Made by a program: the position numbers and the translations under genes. A DNA stretch of 63,072 bases, filler included, from Octopus bimaculoides (lineage: Eukaryota): the NCBI RefSeq assembly GCF_001194135.2. It is 5 parts of 5 records of this genome, joined end to end, with 100 filler letters (N's around TTAATTAATTAA, not from the genome) between each part and the next. Parts side by side here need not be neighbours in the genome. Positions count along the whole stretch, not along the records: positions 46,723 to 60,446 come from NC_068981.1; positions 60,547 to 63,072 come from NC_068983.1; 3 more parts are not named here. The stretch is one strand, 5' to 3'. Under the pieces are notes generated by a model that had not been told where the DNA came from, ran no database searches, and worked only from the letters and a program-made list of their open reading frames with translations. Shown here in pieces: positions 52,052 through 63,072 of the stretch (its first letter is position 1; each line of letters opens with the position of its first letter).

Positions 52052-52429
52052 AGGCGGCGAGCTGGCAGAAACGTTAACACGCCGGGCGAGATGCTCAGCG
52101 GTATTTCGTCTGTCTTTACGTGCTGAGTTCAAATTCCGCCGATGTCGACTTTGCCTTTCATCCTTTCGGGTTCGATAAATTAAGTACCATTTACGCACTG
52201 AGGTCAATGTAATCGACTTAATCCCTTTGTTTGTCCCCTCTATGTTTAGCCCCTTGTGGGCAATAAAGAAATAAGAAACGTTAGGACGCAGGGCGAAATG
52301 CTTAGCTGTATTTTGTCTGTTTTTACGTTCTGAGTTCAAATTCTGCCGATGTCGACTTTGCCTTTCATCCATTCGGGATCGATAAATTAAGTAGTAGTTA
52401 CGCACTGGGGTCGCTGTAATCGACTTAAT
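52052..52429 (+). mobile_element. Head-to-tail SINE B dimer (second copy runs into a gap)
   Basis: Same AAAGAAATA|AGAAACGTTAG junction as the 45545 dimer. Confidence 0.88.
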
Positions 52430-53678
52430 NNNNNNNNNNNNNNNNNNNNNNNNNNNNNNNNNNNNNNNNNNNNNNNNNNNNNNNNNNNNNNNNNNNNNNN
52501 NNNNNNNNNNNNNNNNNNNNNNNNNNNNNNNNNNNNNNNNNNNNNNNNNNNNNNNNNNNNNNNNNNNNNNNNNNNNNNNNNNNNNNNNNNNNNNNNNNNN
52601 NNNNNNNNNNNNNNNNNNNNNNNNNNNNNNNNNNNNNNNNNNNNNNNNNNNNNNNNNNNNNNNNNNNNNNNNNNNNNNNNNNNNNNNNNNNNNNNNNNNN
52701 NNNNNNNNNNNNNNNNNNNNNNNNNNNNNNNNNNNNNNNNNNNNNNNNNNNNNNNNNNNNNNNNNNNNNNNNNNNNNNNNNNNNNNNNNNNNNNNNNNNN
52801 NNNNNNNNNNNNNNNNNNNNNNNNNNNNNNNNNNNNNNNNNNNNNNNNNNNNNNNNNNNNNNNNNNNNNNNNNNNNNNNNNNNNNNNNNNNNNNNNNNNN
52901 NNNNNNNNNNNNNNNNNNNNNNNNNNNNNNNNNNNNNNNNNNNNNNNNNNNNNNNNNNNNNNNNNNNNNNNNNNNNNNNNNNNNNNNNNNNNNNNNNNNN
53001 NNNNNNNNNNNNNNNNNNNNNNNNNNNNNNNNNNNNNNNNNNNNNNNNNNNNNNNNNNNNNNNNNNNNNNNNNNNNNNNNNNNNNNNNNNNNNNNNNNNN
53101 NNNNNNNNNNNAGACACACTAACATACATATCTATCTATCTATCTATATCTATATATATATATGTATGTATGTATGTGCGTGTGTGTGTGTGTGTGTGTA
53201 AAAGGTTGAAGAGGAACACACGAGTAGATATATATGGAAAAAATACAAAGTAGAAAATGCTAAAATACTTTTATAAAGAACATTACAGAACCGGTTTCGA
53301 TCCTTGAGATCTTTTCAGCAGTAAATATGAATAATAGATTTTTGAAAAATTATTGAAAAATTAAATTTTGGTAAATTTAAAAGAAAAGTCTTTTTAAAGA
53401 CATATTTGTATAGTATTCAAGTAACAACGATATTTTTCTTGTTTCTGCCTGTCTCTGTTTCACTTGTTAACTCTTGCGGGTTCGAAGAAAGAGTGTATAT
53501 ATATATATATACATACAAATATATATGTATATACATGATATATATGCATATATATATTTATATAAGGGCATATATAAATAACTATATTTATAGGGAATAA
53601 ATGATGGATTTTTCCCTTATGAGGTTTTTTCACGCTAACTACCTGATAAATTCTTACAAAGATTTTATCCTATTATTG

Positions 53679-53718
<40 letters not shown>

Positions 53719-54924
53719 NNNNNNNNNNNNNNNNNNNNNNNNNNNNNNNNNNNNNNNNNNNNNNNNNNNNNNNNNNNNNNNNNNNNNNNNNNNNNNNNNN
53801 NNNNNNNNNNNNNNNNNNNNNNNNNNNNNNNNNNNNNNNNNNNNNNNNNNNNNNNNNNNNNNNNNNNNNNNNNNNNNNNNNNNNNNNNNNNNNNNNNNNN
53901 NNNNNNNNNNNNNNNNNNNNNNNNNNNNNNNNNNNNNNNNNNNNNNNNNNNNNNNNNNNNNNNNNNNNNNNNNNNNNNNNNNNNNNNNNNNNNNNNNNNN
54001 NNNNNNNNNNNNNNNNNNNNNNNNNNNNNNNNNNNNNNNNNNNNNNNNNNNNNNNNNNNNNNNNNNNNNNNNNNNNNNNNNNNNNNNNNNNNNNNNNNNN
54101 NNNNNNNNNNNNNNNNNNNNNNNNNNNNNNNNNNNNNNNNNNNNNNNNNNNNNNNNNNNNNNNNNNNNNNNNNNNNNNNNNNNNNNNNNNNNNNNNNNNN
54201 NNNNNNNNNNNNNNNNNNNNNNNNNNNNNNNNNNNNNNNNNNNNNNNNNNNNNNNNNNNNNNNNNNNGGATGACCATTAGGTGGACATCCAATATGCTAG
54301 AAAGAGGTCATCAACGACCCAACCACAAAGAAAAATAATGTTCTCTAGAAAAATTTCGCAAAACACCAGAACAGCACAAAATGACAAATATACAGAATAA
54401 AGAATTAGTTACGTACTGCAGTTTCGAACATGAACGTTTTACTTACGTAACAACACCCGTGTTCTCGTCAGCAAAATCGTTCTAGAATCAATATAATTTG
54501 CAGAACTATACACGAATTGTTTTCATGAAATAAGACTTGCATACAGTTCTACCGATTACATTCGAGTAAATTTTGAAAATGCTTCAGCTTTGGCGCGCCA
54601 AATTCCGAAACAATTCTGCAGAGAATAATTCATTACAGTATATGTTGCCGGCTGAAGAACATAACTATTTAAATTATTATTTGGTCATCTTTTATACACG
54701 TGTAATACAATTTTTTCTGAATTTTCAGATTTGTTTATATGCTAGGCCACCTGGTTTTAAATTGAATTAATATTCAATTTATCACCCTATCTATATAAGT
54801 AATAATTCTGTCTATCCGGCGTGCGTCTGCACAATTTTTCGTTGCCCTAATTTAATTCTTATGGATTAGATCAATGAGTTTTGAACTCATTGGACAAGGG
54901 CGTTTGGAGCTTCGCACATCCATG

Positions 54925-55250
54925 CAGAAGGACAAGGTGTCATTTGCTCTCTGGTTCTCCGTTCTGATCTATCACTGTAAAATATGGGCACTGTCTGGGG
55001 CACTTAGGAGCCGCTTGAACTTCTTTAGTGCCGGGACGCTTCGCAGGATTAAAGGTTACCTTTGGTCAGATTTCATATCCAACAAACGACTCTACTCAGA
55101 AACTGGGATACGTCTAGTTACACAAATAATTCGGGGGCACCAGCTCATACTGTTAGGTCATATTATTCGATTTTTCGAGCTAAACCCTGCATACCGTGTT
55201 CTCCTCAGTGAGGACCCGGCTGGGTTGACGGCTCACGTTGGTCACCACAT
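54925..55250 (+). mobile_element. RTE-clade LINE C-terminal remnant
   Basis: SVLIYHCKIW..RLNFF..TLRRIKGYLWSDFISN..IRGHQLILLGHIIR matches the LLYGxETW..LRRI..W.D..N..GH..R pattern. Confidence 0.7.
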
Positions 55251-56284
55251 ACCACATGTTCACTGCATGTAAAGGACAAACAGCACCGAAATTATCAATT
55301 CCTTGCATGATACAAGGCCTAATATCTAAGAGAAGAATATAATTGATTATAACGATTATAAAAAGTGATTGGTACTCATTTTGTCAACCCTGAAAAGACG
55401 AAAAATAAATTCAACTGAGGTGAAATTTGAACCCATAATGTAAAGGATCGTAACTAAATACCTCACCGTATGCATTCTGGCAATGTACAGTCTCTGCTCC
55501 CATTTGCCACAGGCCTCTACCTTCATGCTATTGAATAAGCTTTCTTTGAGTTTTAGAAGATTAGGCTTTCGTGCGGTATAAATCTTCACTTATTTAAAGA
55601 CAGACTTATTTTTGCTGTGATGCTATAAGTTAATACAAGCTGGAGTCAAAATTCTCATGCTTCCATTCAAATAATATTATTTGACTCCAGAATGATTTGA
55701 TTTAGATGTAACCCGATGCTTAACAGACTGTTGCTGTTCGACTCATCTCACGTGATATAATCCAAAGCCCCCATATTTTGTTTGAATATACTTTATAAAT
55801 CATCTCATATTTATCCCTGCTCCCTTTGAGTGAATTCGATCTTTGCAATATTAATTCGTTCAGTTTGCAGTCAGTTAGTCGCTTTACAACCGATTTACTG
55901 CTTCCATCTCTAAATGTAATGTGGCCAGACTGATGGTTAGGCGAAAAGATTTCAGCTTCTCTCACAACCAGCCATATAGATGGTAGACTAAATGGCAGAC
56001 AAGATAAAAATATTCGAATGGAGGATCAGGGATTGTAACTTCATTATAGTTGCTCTTGCTCTTTAAGCTCTGGTCAAAGCTGACCGAGGAGTCCCATAAT
56101 CAAAAGCTTTCAGACTGTGACGATCCCGCCTTTTATGTTCCACTCTTACCATATGCTATTGAACACTTTACTATAAATTGTGAGATTTTTAAAACGCGGG
56201 CGTCTACTGGATTTATCAACACACTCACACATACACAGATGTTTGTGACTGTGTACCTATATGTATATATGTGTGTGTATTTGT

Positions 56285-56335
<51 letters not shown>

Positions 56336-56996
56336 TATATATGTGTGTGTGAATATATATGTATACGTGAATACATATGTACACGGAAGTTTCTCATGAA
56401 CATCACTATTTTAAAGAATCTATTACATTTCTCACGGAGATCAGATACAACCCAGGATTAACCATGATGACAAATATCTCAAGTCCTAGATTTATTTATT
56501 TATATATTTTTGTTAGAAAGCATGCCGTCTGTATTCTTTTAAATTCAAAATATCTTTACTGCCTAATAACTTTACTTACAAATTTCTTTATACTTTCTGG
56601 CGTACAGGCGGTGTCGCTGATCTTACTTTGCTATCGTTATGGTTTCTATCATCTCAAAAATGAGCAAAACAATTTACTATTTATCCTCCACAGTCTGTTT
56701 CCCCTCTCTGTAAAAACCACTACGGCTTCTATAGAATCAGATCCACCTGAGACTTGAACAGATATGTTACATATCTGTGGCCACCTCTTTTATGCTGAAG
56801 CCTATCCTGAACACTATTAAGACGGATATTGATTTTTTATAATTACTGGTGCCTTATTAGTGGTTTTTGTTTTTTTTTGGCGCTATTATTTACTACACAA
56901 TGACTCTATACATTTAAGCCAATAATGTGAGTGCATATAATCCCTTATAGACGTGCTGTGTAAAACAAAAATTATATGGGGCAAGAACAATTACAT

Positions 56997-57226
56997 CTTT
57001 TACTCTTTTACTCTTTTACTTGTTTCAGTCATTTGACTGCGTCCATGCTGGAGCACCGCCTTTAGTCGAGCAAATTGACGCCGGGACTTATTCTTTGTAA
57101 GCCTAGTACTTATTCTATCGGTCTCTTTTCCCGAACCGCTAAGTGACGGGGACATAAACACACCAGCATCGGTTGTCAAGCAATGCTAGCGGGACAAACA
57201 CAGACACACAAACACANNNNNNNNNN

Positions 57227-57282
<56 letters not shown>

Positions 57283-57440
57283 GCATATATACGACGGGCT
57301 TCTTTCAGTTTCCGTCTCACAAGGCTTTGGTCGGCCCGAGACTATAGTAGAAGACACTTGCCCAAGATGCTACGCAGTGGGACTGAACCCGGAACCATGT
57401 AGTTGGTAAGCAAGCTACTTACCACACAGCCACTCCTGCT
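56997..57440 (-). mobile_element. SINE family A, full length
   Basis: Complete reverse-complement copy from the CTTTTACT tail to the CCACACAGCCACTCCTG head. Confidence 0.9.
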
Positions 57441-58092
57441 CCTATAAATATTTTAACCACAAGAAACTTGTTACCTTAACAAACAGAGATTCAGCAATAA
57501 CAAAAGCTAACAAATGTTTTACTTACATTTAATTCACGCATAAAAATAGTTGTTTCATAATATTACTGATATTAATTGGAATCACCATCAAGTCAAAAAT
57601 GTAGAAGCATAAAGCTTATACCTTGCAAAATACCGTGAAGTCAACGAATGAACTGATGCTCCAGAAGTACACTCAGCCGTTACACCTCTCTGGTTTTAGA
57701 ATTTGAATTAATATCTGAATGGCTGAATAATTTAAACAATATAATAAAACCTCAAGTGTCGAATTTCCTAATCAAAAGGGAACGTTTAATCGCCGAATGA
57801 GTTGCGAGGTGATATATGCCAATCGACAATGTCATAATGTCGAGAATTCATGTGACGGATGACCCATCTTGAACGAATATTCCGATTGAAGGAACATCAG
57901 AACAAAACTAACGAGACTTTTAAACGCAAGCGTAGATATCACACATAGCATAAGATGATAGAGATATCTGAATTTTCCCAATATGATTCTTATTAGCCTT
58001 CTTTAAACGTCAAATATAATTATACATACATATGTACATATATATGTATATGTATATATATGTGTATATACATATGTATATGTATATATGTG

Positions 58093-58142
<50 letters not shown>

Positions 58143-58164
58143 CATATGTATATATATGTAATTC

Positions 58165-58310
58165 TTTATTGCCTACAAGGGGTTAAACATAGAGGGGACA
58201 AACAAGGATAGACAAAGGGACTAAGTCGATTATATCGACTCCAGTGCATAACTGGTACTTATTTAATCGACCTCGAAAGGATGAAAGGCAAAGTTAAACT
58301 CGGCGGAAAC
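58165..58310 (-). mobile_element. SINE family B
   Basis: ACATAGAGGGGACAAACAAGGA tail and AAGGATGAAAGGCAAAG core in reverse orientation. Confidence 0.82.
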
Positions 58311-58609
58311 GCGCGTAGTCTATATACTAGCACTAACTTTTTACATCTATACTTCTATACTGTATATTATCATCACTCTTGGGTACACTTCTACTGACAC
58401 TTTCGAGTCGGATACTTTGACACAAGGTAGACTTAGACTATTTAAACCGTATGGAGATTTGATCTAGCTGAAACTCCTCTCTGTTGCCTCTACTTTCAAA
58501 TTTATATATAAACGAGGTATAACGTTGGTGATCATGGCAGTGGTGAAATATCAACAGTTTCAACGTTACCCCTATGACTTGCTCAACAAACTTATAGCCC
58601 TCAAAATTT

Positions 58610-59200
58610 GTAGGGATCGTTTTTGTTCTCCTGGAACCCCTCTCCGCAATCTCTGACATTGCCTTTAGGATTTTGGTCCTGTTCTTTCTAGAAATTAAGT
58701 GTTGTTTCATGAGATCATTAGCAAACTTAACCACGAAGTCTCTGGCTCCAACTTGAGGGAACCTTGATCCGGAAGTTCGTTTGCCTCAGGCTTTCGACCA
58801 AACTGGTGTATTTTTTGGTATTGAACAAGTGTACTTCTTTTCTGATTTCAAATAGTACGATTAGTTCAAGCAAAAGTCCTTGATTTCATAAACTAGCATA
58901 GTGTACGATATCCGGCCTCAAGACACTCTTACTGATGATTTCTGGTTGTTTTGTCGATTCTGGGAGGTCTGCTGAACACTCCTAGCCAACGGCATCACAC
59001 AGAAGATGCCACAGCTTTGCTTCAAGTAGCATAGCAGTTTCTGGCCATGATTTGTTGCCTCCTGCCCATGTAGACTATTGTTGGAGATTCTGGTAACATG
59101 GATTTTGCTTTTGCCATACTTATCACGTGTACGATCTTCGTAATGACTTAATTTAGTCTCCACATTCACCCACATTCACCCACACAACAGTCGCTGCAAC
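58610..59200 (-). mobile_element. Degenerate RLE-type non-LTR retrotransposon fragment (HERO-like)
   Basis: Manual minus-strand translation gives ADLP...PEIISKSVLRPDIV...LELIVLFE...KKYT and KAMSEIAERGS, matching the RPDIV/ELTVPxE RLE pattern, with stops and frameshifts. Confidence 0.6.
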
Positions 59201-59348
59201 ACAGAGGCTCCTGTTTATGAGGCAGAAGTCACGTAGAGAGGTGGGAGTAGTGCATATGGTCTAAAATCACTATATTGAAAAGAAGGCCGTAACCTTCATT
59301 AAGAAAGAAATGCAAGCCATAGTCTAGCATGAGTATTGAAATATATAA

Positions 59349-59398
<50 letters not shown>

Positions 59399-59786
59399 AT
59401 GCGCGTGTGAATATAAGGGGTTATCATCCAAGTCGTGTCTTCAAAAAGCACATCTGCATATTCGCATTAGATTAATGTATGTATATAGGTTTTTCATTTT
59501 AAATGTAATATAAATAGCAATTGAAGTTTTTGATGAATTCCCTTTGCAAGTTAGTTACACATCGAATCAAAAAACTGGTGAAATTCGGCATAGTCTTAAT
59601 TCTATGTTACACGTGTTTTATCACCCACATATATATGAAGAAAATAAACATGTATACAATCTGCTATCCTTAATTCTTCAGACAGAAGGTTCAAAACTGA
59701 TAAAAATCTGCATTTGAATACTGTTGTTATTGTAAAGCATTTTCTAGATTTTATATAAATGTGTATACTACATTATGTGGAGACAC

Positions 59787-60060
59787 AATGGTTAAGATCG
59801 CGGTTTCGATTCCCAGGCCAGGCGTTGTCTGTGTTTATTGAGTAAAAACACCTAAAGCTCCACGAGGCTCCGGCAGGGGGTGGTGGCGACCTCTGTTGTA
59901 CTCTTTCGCCCCAACTTTCTCTCACTCTTTATTCCTGTTTCTTGAGTAAAGCTGCGATAGACTGGCGTCCCGTCCAGCTGGGGGGAGGGACACACACACA
60001 TACGCCATAGAAACCGAGAAACCGGGCCCATGAGCCTGGCTAGGTTTTAAAAGGACGCAT
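59787..60060 (+). mobile_element. SINE family C-related copy
   Basis: GGTTTCGATTCCC B-box, TTGAGTAAAAACAC and CTGGCGTCCCGTCCAGCTGG shared with 5240-5505. Confidence 0.7.
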
Positions 60061-60389
60061 AAATAAATAAAAATACTACATTATACATAAATATATGCAG
60101 TTGACACCAGAAGGATTTAGATATATCGAAACAACGTGTAATAATAACCGTTTAGAACAGTGAAACTTGAATCACATAAATAGATCGTAAATATTGGGTA
60201 TGTGTTTTTCTATGTAAAGTGTTATTCAGTCCAATATTTATACACTAGTATTTATAGCTTTATCTGCTTCGAGTTTCAGCGTCCCCAAAAATTTTTATTT
60301 CAGGTTGTCTCAAACTATCTAAATTCTTCTGACCTCATCTATATATATGCGTATGTGTGTTTACATATGTATGTATATATGTATATATA

Positions 60390-60446
<57 letters not shown>

Positions 60447-60615
60447 NNNNNNNNNNNNNNNNNNNNNNNNNNNNNNNNNNNNNNNNNNNNTTAATTAATT
60501 AANNNNNNNNNNNNNNNNNNNNNNNNNNNNNNNNNNNNNNNNNNNNGAAAAGAAAAACTCTACATTTGTATTTTGTCCCCTCTATGTTGAGCCCTGTGTG
60601 GCTAATAAAGAAACA

Positions 60616-60678
<63 letters not shown>

Positions 60679-60706
60679 ATGTTTATCTGTCTGTCTGTCT
60701 GTTTAT

Positions 60707-60740
<34 letters not shown>

Positions 60741-60965
60741 GTCTGTCTGTTTATCTATCTATCGATCTATCTATTTATCTGTTTATCTCTCTCTCTCTCT
60801 CTCATCTCCCTTTAGTCTATCTATTAATCTCTATTACCAAATGCGTATATAAATATGAACATACATATCTGCATAAATTTATTCGCGGTGTACATAGTAT
60901 TTTATACATACTTACCTATATATATATTTATTTATTTATAGATACATAACCTCATGTACACATAG

Positions 60966-61014
<49 letters not shown>

Positions 61015-61018
61015 CACT

Positions 61019-61050
<32 letters not shown>

Positions 61051-61264
61051 TATGTATTTACATACATAAACATATATATACAAATATATGAAACATCCTG
61101 GTTGACATCCTGATAAAAAGCTGCTCAAATTAGCATTATGCAGCCGCAAAATGTACGCATCTTACTTATTTATATAACATACACACATACATATTCATTT
61201 CACAAATACGTAAGTGCAAAAACACGCCTATACGCAGGGATGCAAATACATGCACACACACATT

Positions 61265-61295
<31 letters not shown>

Positions 61296-61759
61296 GTACT
61301 TTTAGTTTCACGTATAAAAGACAAGCAAGGATATATTTATAACATCATTCAGTTGTTTACTTACTTCGCTTTTTTTTTTGTCGCCTTACGCATGCAAATA
61401 AGTGAATATGAATGTTAAAAGCAAACAGCTTATTGAGTCTCCATTTGTGGTTAGCAAATCCGCGGGGAAAAGCTCTAACAGGAAACTAGGACGTGCAGAG
61501 TTTCACAAAGTTCCGAAGAATTTCTTAAGGGATTAGAAAGAATTTTGCGCTAGTTGAATCAAATATTATAATATTGTAATGACAGTGAAATATTCGTTCA
61601 GTAGATAAGTGGGTTCAAATAAGTCTTAGAGACTTGGAATACCAGTAGAGAATACCATAACTTGGTGCCGGTATTTCTTTTAATATTGGGCTAATATTGT
61701 GATATTTAGGTAACGTGTCTCTATACAGATGCGCGCCAACACCCATACACGTGTACACT

Positions 61760-62312
61760 GATCATCATCATCGTCATCATCGGTCATCATCGTCATTGTC
61801 ATCGTCATCAACTTCATCATCATCATCATCATCATCGTCGTCGTCGTCGTCGTCGTCGTCATCATCATCATCACTATCTAATGTCCGTTTCACACGCTTG
61901 CATAGTTTGCGCAGTTCACTTTGCCGTTAATGAATTCCAGCAATACCTGGGAAATTAATTCTACGACGCCGCAGCAGCGTCTCATTCGCAGCTGTGCTTG
62001 TAATCTCAGTCTGTTATACGCAATGGAAACCGTGAAAAGTTTCAGCTTTATGANNNNNNNNNNNNNNNNNNNNNNNNNNNNNNNNNNNNNNNNNNNNNNN
62101 NNNNNNNNNNNNNNNNNNNNNNNNNNNNNNNNNNNNNNNNNNNNNNNNNNNNNNNNNNNNNNNNNNNNNNNNGTCATCAGTCATCATCATCATCGTCATC
62201 GTCGTCGTCGTCGTCATCAGTCATCATCATTATCGTCATCGTCGTCGTCGTCATCAGTCATCATCATCATCATCGTCATCGTCGTCGTCATCGTCATCAG
62301 TCATCATCATCA

Positions 62313-62344
<32 letters not shown>

Positions 62345-62356
62345 ATCATCATCATC
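61760..62356. repeat. (CAT)n/(CGT)n trinucleotide arrays either side of a gap
   Basis: Directly visible; the flanking unique sequence is duplicated across the gap. Confidence 0.9.
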
Positions 62357-62574
62357 ACTATCTAATGTCCGTTTCACACGCTTGCATAGTTTGCGCAGTT
62401 CACTTTGCCGTTAATGAATTCCAGCAATACCTGGGAAATTAATTCTACGACGCCGCAGCAGCGTCTCATTCGCAGCTGTGCTTGTAATCTCAGTCTGTTA
62501 TACGCAATGGAAACCGTGAAAAGTTTCAGCTTTATGAGTCCCGTGGCTGAACCCAAACCTAAATCTGCGCCTAG

Positions 62575-62690
62575 ACTGGAGCAACGTAAAATGAAACACT
62601 CAACTCAAGGACACAATGCGTAACCTAGGCTGGAGATTGAACACATGACTTTATAATCATGGGCCTACAACCTGAACTACTAAGCCAAGT
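62575..62690 (-). mobile_element. Diverged SINE C 5' part
   Basis: GACTGGAGCAACGTAAAATG..ACTCAAGGACACAA matches 5385-5430. Confidence 0.6.
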
Positions 62691-62895
62691 GACTAAACTT
62701 GCTTTGTGGTAAGTTGATGCGGAGGAGAAAGGGACAATTCGCTGCTGTTGAAGCAAATATATGGGCATCCCTGGCAAAAATAATTTGGGGGTTGTGGTGG
62801 TGATTATGGGTGGGGTGGAGATATTTCGAGGTGCTATTTGCCTAAGAGAACGAATAACATGAAAGGAGATTAAACAACAATACCAGGAGCAAAGA

Positions 62896-62896
<1 letters not shown>

Positions 62897-62988
<92 letters not shown>

Positions 62989-63010
62989 GAAGAAGAAGAA
63001 GAAGAAGAAG
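62897..63010. repeat. (AAT)n followed by (AAG)n microsatellite
   Basis: Directly visible. Confidence 0.95.
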
Positions 63011-63072
63011 AGCAACAGGGGCTAGAAGATTGAAGGAGAGAAGGTGATGGGAGGGATGAAAACGAATATAAA

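Noticed and set aside
61860-62535. About 190-bp exact direct repeat with ORF MPLMNSSNTWE...
   Set aside because: Identical copies flank a gap and a trinucleotide array; most likely an assembly artefact.

Overview
AT-rich, microsatellite-dense animal genomic DNA from a gapped draft scaffold. The SINE families and the peptide family fit an octopod cephalopod (inference). One host protein-coding segment is well supported: a long last exon (12559-13921, +) of a LASGLV/LASGLI-amide-type neuropeptide precursor. It shows 22 xLDPLASxxx-G/S-KR units plus decayed ancestral units, and its signal-peptide exon is not identified. The rest is transposon debris: TA-flanked Tc1 and mariner copies, several MITE/foldback hairpins, at least three tRNA-derived SINE families, and fragments of five retroelement lineages (L1/Tx1-like, R4/Dong-like, HERO-like, RTE-like, Penelope-like). 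Main leads: (i) the architecture and variant peptides of the precursor; (ii) a 3' tail shared between a near-intact Tx1-like LINE and the commonest SINE, with recurrent tail-to-clipped-head junctions; (iii) degenerate minimal hammerhead-ribozyme motifs; (iv) a foldback element built from two transposase 3' ends. Family assignments come from motif recognition by eye, not database searches. Most ORFs in the track are microsatellite or N-gap artefacts.
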